From positions 1 to 29,582 of the IMG/VR virus record IMGVR_UViG_3300038675_000358: a DNA stretch of 29,582 nucleotides; one strand, written 5' to 3'. This stretch comes from a virus (Duplodnaviria; Caudoviricetes). Below, one piece after another: positions 25,757-29,582 of the stretch (positions within the stretch are counted from its first letter, which is position 1; each line of letters starts with the position of its first letter). The translations under genes were made by a program, and so were the position numbers. The notes beneath the pieces were generated by a model. It was not told where the DNA came from. It ran no database searches and saw nothing but the letters and a program-made list of their open reading frames with translations.

Positions 25757-26083
25757 ATGACAAGAATTGTAAATCTTGACAGTAAAGGATTCATGTATAG
25801 GGAAAGGTCATCCGAAGTAGTGGAAGTAGGTGATGCAATAATCCTTATCATGAAACCTAGACAATTGTCATTGCAAGTCACCGTAACTGGTTCCAGTTAT
25901 TACATGGTATCTGTTACCCAATCAGAGAGTCAGAAGGTGAAGGATGGAAATGCTGTTTTCATTGATGGAGAGGATGCTGACTTTTCTGCAACAGAGGATT
26001 TCATTGTTGAAGCTGGTGGTGCAGTGAAGATTGAGAATAAGAGTTATAGCACAGACAGCATTGAAGTAGACTGGAGAGTGTAA
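25757..26083 (+). CDS. Small beta-rich putative structural protein
   Basis: AAGGAG RBS; alternating hydrophobic pattern; gene context. Confidence 0.5.
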   Translation: MTRIVNLDSKGFMYRERSSEVVEVGDAIILIMKPRQLSLQVTVTGSSYYMVSVTQSESQKVKDGNAVFIDGEDADFSATEDFIVEAGGAVKIENKSYSTDSIEVDWRV

Positions 26084-27093
26084 TGATTAAGCTTAGGAGC
26101 TTTCTCACCAAATCAAATGTGATGTATCCAAACCTGATACAGGTACACCCTGTTGTATCAAGAAGGGTGATGATTACCCCTTCCCTTCACCGTTCAGAGA
26201 TGCTTCCACAAAGCTCCTATTTGGCAGAACCATTGAATAACTTATTTCTTTATCCAGAGTACCCAGAATCACAATCATTATTGTTGAGTGTAGGAACATA
26301 CATTGTCCAGTGTCAGGATGGTGAAATTGAAGTATTTGAAAAAGGTACTGTTACCAATACCTCTCCTGTAATATTTACCCTGAGTGATGATGAAGAAGTT
26401 TTCTTTACTGTAAGCCAAGATTGTTATAAGCCTTCCTTGTACAAGTCTGTAGTCAAACACCCTTTTGTCTTGGATTCAAGAGGTGCAAACTATCTCATTT
26501 TTCCAAGGAGTACTTGGGGGGATAAGAGTATTTCCTATTTGGAGAATTCCCCAAGAACACCGTATGAAATAGAGCATTTGTATGTAAATGGGGAAGAACA
26601 GATTCTTGAGGACACAACCATATTTCTAGGATGGAATGAACCATCCCTATTAACTAGTTTGATTTGGGTGGATGAATTGGAAATGTTTCTTGATGATGAT
26701 ACTGCCTACTTTGGTTGGTATGAGAATTTCCAAGGGGCTATCCAACTGTCCTACTCCTATCCAGAACGATATAGAGCCACAGATGGTTCAGCACAAACAT
26801 TGGTCTCTATAAGAAAAGACAGTGATAATTATCTGTCAGTAGTATTCAGAGGAACTATCATTTCCTTGGAAGGAAAGGTAGAAGGTACCCTCTATCAAGA
26901 GAATTTGGGCACTGTTGTAAGTGATAATGACAAGATGAGTTTGTATGTTGGTCAGGATGACATCTATGTATTTGTACAGAGAAATATGTATAAATGGTCG
27001 ATTCCTGAATTGTTCCAGTTCAATACCTTGTTTGTAGGATACAATGGTTCCAATTCCTATTTCAATGGTTTGGTTACAGAGGTGATTGTATGA
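26083..27093 (+). CDS. Putative structural protein, partial paralog of 24449-25744
   Basis: Shared NLF..P / VQC..G / TVT..SP / DC..PS.Y / HPFV segment. Confidence 0.5.
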   Translation: MIKLRSFLTKSNVMYPNLIQVHPVVSRRVMITPSLHRSEMLPQSSYLAEPLNNLFLYPEYPESQSLLLSVGTYIVQCQDGEIEVFEKGTVTNTSPVIFTLSDDEEVFFTVSQDCYKPSLYKSVVKHPFVLDSRGANYLIFPRSTWGDKSISYLENSPRTPYEIEHLYVNGEEQILEDTTIFLGWNEPSLLTSLIWVDELEMFLDDDTAYFGWYENFQGAIQLSYSYPERYRATDGSAQTLVSIRKDSDNYLSVVFRGTIISLEGKVEGTLYQENLGTVVSDNDKMSLYVGQDDIYVFVQRNMYKWSIPELFQFNTLFVGYNGSNSYFNGLVTEVIV

Positions 27094-27779
27094 GTGATAA
27101 GCCTGTATATAAGATTAGTGATTTCCCATTCATCAGTGATTTGGAAGGTGATGAAAGAATAGTATATCTGAGAAACATTGATAACAAGTATCAATGGGTG
27201 GGAGGACACCTTACTGATGTGTTTTCCTATCTCAAGAAACCAAGCCCTACATCAGAAGTACCTTTGCTGAAAAGAATAAATGATGAATTAAGACAACACT
27301 TGGATGGAGAAGTTCCCCATTTGTATGATGACAGGGATGCTTCAGAGCAAAAAGGATATAAATTTGTCTGGACTACTGCAAAGGGAATCTTGGAATTTCA
27401 ATCTGTTTCTGGCATAGACTCATTTACCCCTGACCTTTCAAAAGATTATCTGAATTTTTTGCTTATGTATGACAAGCATACTGGGGATACTTTGACATAT
27501 CATAAACTGTATGATGAGAATACTGCAAGATGGAAGTGGTACAAGATAACCTTGGTTGAAGAAATATATGGTCCAGTATTTGAAATGGATATGGTTGATA
27601 CTACTGAAAATCCAGAAGTCCTAGACCTATTTGAGAATCAGCAGAATGATTGGTACTATTATAATGAGAGAATGACTGAGCATAAAGATTCTTTGTACCC
27701 CCATACATTATCAGGGGATGGAAGAAGTTTTGGATTTGTTATTGAAGATGGTGAATTATCCATTGAGATAGAGGAGTAG
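27090..27779 (+). CDS. Putative fibre-associated protein with three His-pair repeats
   Basis: QHLDGEVPHLY, KHTGDTLTYHKLY, EHKDSLYPHTL. Confidence 0.45.
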   Translation: MSDKPVYKISDFPFISDLEGDERIVYLRNIDNKYQWVGGHLTDVFSYLKKPSPTSEVPLLKRINDELRQHLDGEVPHLYDDRDASEQKGYKFVWTTAKGILEFQSVSGIDSFTPDLSKDYLNFLLMYDKHTGDTLTYHKLYDENTARWKWYKITLVEEIYGPVFEMDMVDTTENPEVLDLFENQQNDWYYYNERMTEHKDSLYPHTLSGDGRSFGFVIEDGELSIEIEE

Positions 27780-27782
27780 TTT

Positions 27783-28457
27783 ATGAGTTACAAGATTCCA
27801 AGCAAGGAATACATCGACACCAGAATCAACAGTTTTAACAATGGTCCTAAGGATGTCTTTGACACTGTTGCAGAATTAGTGAGTACTAATCCAGACCATG
27901 GGTATATCTACCTTGTCTTGGAGAATGGTTATTGGTATTTCTGGGATGGTGAAGAATGGCTTCAGGGAGGTCATTATGGAACAACTCCTGAGATTATCCA
28001 ACTGAAGACAGATGCACAGACTGCAAAAAATGACGCTGTAATAGCAAAAGGACAGGCAGAAGGTGCAAGGGACATTGCTGTAACTGCAAAAGAAGATGCA
28101 GTCATTGCCAAGGGATTGGCAGAAGATGCTAGGGATACTGCCATTGGAATAGCTGGTGGTGTAGCAGGACACTACGATACTGCCTATGATTTGGACGTAG
28201 CAGACCCTGACCATGGCTCGGTGTATCTTGTTATAGAGGATGCAAATTGGTATTACTGGAACACCACAACCCTTGCTTGGACTGCAGGGGGGGTATATTC
28301 CAATGAACCAGCAATTACAGAGCTGGATGGTCGTGTAGATGATATTGAAGATAGGGTAACTGCACTGGATACCATCACTTATGATGGTATTACTTATGTC
28401 ATTACAAGAGCAGTTGTTGATGACCACATAGTTGAAACATATACGGAGGTAGAATAA
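27783..28457 (+). CDS. Putative tail-fibre protein (two aromatic beta-modules joined by a coiled coil)
   Basis: Duplicated PDHG..YLV.E...WY.W...W..GG.Y module, with a 21-aa tandem repeat between the copies. Confidence 0.6.
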   Translation: MSYKIPSKEYIDTRINSFNNGPKDVFDTVAELVSTNPDHGYIYLVLENGYWYFWDGEEWLQGGHYGTTPEIIQLKTDAQTAKNDAVIAKGQAEGARDIAVTAKEDAVIAKGLAEDARDTAIGIAGGVAGHYDTAYDLDVADPDHGSVYLVIEDANWYYWNTTTLAWTAGGVYSNEPAITELDGRVDDIEDRVTALDTITYDGITYVITRAVVDDHIVETYTEVE

Positions 28458-29527
28458 TGGGTATTGATAATATAAAACCCAATGCAGGGCAGATGGATGA
28501 TATAAACTTGTATCTCAGGAGCATTGCACTCAGTGTTTCTGATTATGCCTTGCCTTGGGAGATAGAGAGCTGGAGGGATGTGCAAGCCATTGTAAGGGCT
28601 GGGAAAGCGGCACAATATTTCCCAATAGGAACTCAATTCACAGCATTGTATAACGGGGTTGAGACTGTTTGGGATGTCATCGGAATCGACCATGATACAC
28701 CAACAAATGAAGCACTTACTCATAGCCTCACAATCCAAGCAAATAAATTACTTACTACTGGAAGAATCTCCGGCCCCGAGGCAATGTACAATGCTACTAC
28801 TGAATTGGCGGCAGGGGAATATATTTTCACTACAAATAGTTTACAGTATACATTTACTAGTACAAAGGCAGTTCCAGTTGGTGGTGTGATTTTCATCAAG
28901 ACAAGAAGTGATTATGTTCCTTTAACTCTTACTATTTATGGTGCTGACAGGGCTACAATCATTGAAGATGATATTGTGGTTACAGCAACAACAGGAGTGA
29001 ATAATCTCACTCCAATTAATGACCATATAAAAATGAGATATGGTAATAATAACTATCCTATATCTGCCTTACGCCAATGGCTGAATAGTGGGAGCAATAC
29101 TTTCTCTTGGGTAAGTAAGGGAATGTATGACATGCCCTCTACTTACAATGCAAAAGGTTTTCTTGCATTACTTGACCCAGAATTGGTGGAAGTGATTGTG
29201 AATATAAACAAACAGGTTGCATTGGCTACCTATGATGGGGGAGGACAGACTTTATTCAGTGATAAAGTATTTTTGCTATCAAGAAAAGAGATTTTTGGGG
29301 ACAATGAAGGCACTGTAACAGGAGAGTCACAATATGATTTCTGGGCTGGAAAGGGTAATATAGATAGGATAAAAACAAGCCTTGCTGGTACTGTAGACTA
29401 TTGGTGGTTGCGTTCGCCTCTCGTTTCGAATACGTATCGTACTCGTATCGTGAATACTTCTGGAGCGTTAGACAACATCCATGCTAGCAATTCTTCTGGG
29501 TTGTCCCCCGCTTGCGTAATCGCATAG
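28457..29527 (+). CDS. DUF6273-type receptor-binding protein, putative DGR target
   Basis: WDVIGIDHD, NNYPISALRQWLNS, DKVFLLSRKE, YWWLRSP...GLSPAC; GGAGG RBS. Confidence 0.75.
   Translation: MGIDNIKPNAGQMDDINLYLRSIALSVSDYALPWEIESWRDVQAIVRAGKAAQYFPIGTQFTALYNGVETVWDVIGIDHDTPTNEALTHSLTIQANKLLTTGRISGPEAMYNATTELAAGEYIFTTNSLQYTFTSTKAVPVGGVIFIKTRSDYVPLTLTIYGADRATIIEDDIVVTATTGVNNLTPINDHIKMRYGNNNYPISALRQWLNSGSNTFSWVSKGMYDMPSTYNAKGFLALLDPELVEVIVNINKQVALATYDGGGQTLFSDKVFLLSRKEIFGDNEGTVTGESQYDFWAGKGNIDRIKTSLAGTVDYWWLRSPLVSNTYRTRIVNTSGALDNIHASNSSGLSPACVIA
29396..29527 (+). other. Putative DGR variable repeat (VR) with IMH-like end
   Basis: Abrupt CpG-rich codon style. Presumed variable codons (CTC, TAT, CGT, ATC, GAC, AAC, CAT, AGC, TCT) all end in C/T, as expected from AAY templates. 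Confidence 0.7.
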
Positions 29528-29550
29528 GGAATCTAGGTAAATCGAGAATC

Positions 29551-29568
29551 GGCACTCGCAAGAGTGCC
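29551..29568 (+). promoter_or_regulatory. GC-rich hairpin/cruciform GGCACTC-GCAA-GAGTGCC, DGR retrohoming element-like
   Basis: Perfect 7-bp stem with 4-nt loop, 23 nt after the target stop, with no U-tract. Confidence 0.7.
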
Positions 29569-29582
29569 TAGGGAGATATAAA

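Noticed and set aside
52-28889. Minus-strand and nested ORFs in the ORF track (e.g. 23394-24122, 22395-22964, 27876-28427)
   Set aside because: Antisense or out-of-frame to well-supported + strand genes, with no recognisable motifs.
29551-29568. Rho-independent terminator
   Set aside because: No U-tract on the + strand; position fits a DGR hairpin better.
1-29582. tRNA, rRNA, integrase, transposase, reverse transcriptase, major capsid protein
   Set aside because: None recognised. Intergenic gaps are too short for structured RNA genes and no such motifs were seen.

Overview
This is a 29.6-kb segment of a large tailed dsDNA phage with T4-type head morphogenesis genes. All credible genes lie on the + strand. 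In order: the C-terminus of a family A DNA polymerase, a degenerate dUTPase-fold protein, a phage sigma factor, small early ORFs, a large terminase split by a frame change, an HU-like protein, a DnaC/DnaB/DnaX/DnaG replisome block, and putative head-completion genes. Next comes an ~8-kb accessory array (12.1-20.4 kb) of enzyme-like proteins: four HExxH zincins, two ART-like proteins with Trp-pentapeptide repeats, and one Cys-His-Asp transglutaminase-like protein. Most of these begin with a short basic leader ending in hydrophobic-X-Glu, like T4 capsid-targeting propeptides. The array is followed by a gp20-like portal, a gp21-like prohead protease fused to a scaffold, structural/tail-fibre genes, and a DUF6273-type receptor-binding gene. 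The 3' end of that gene looks like the variable repeat of a diversity-generating retroelement, with a GC-rich hairpin downstream; no TR or RT is in the window. A recurrent ACTATTATA motif, probably a late promoter, precedes structural genes and several copies sit in hairpins that occlude a start codon or RBS. All family assignments are from motif recognition by eye; no database searches were run.
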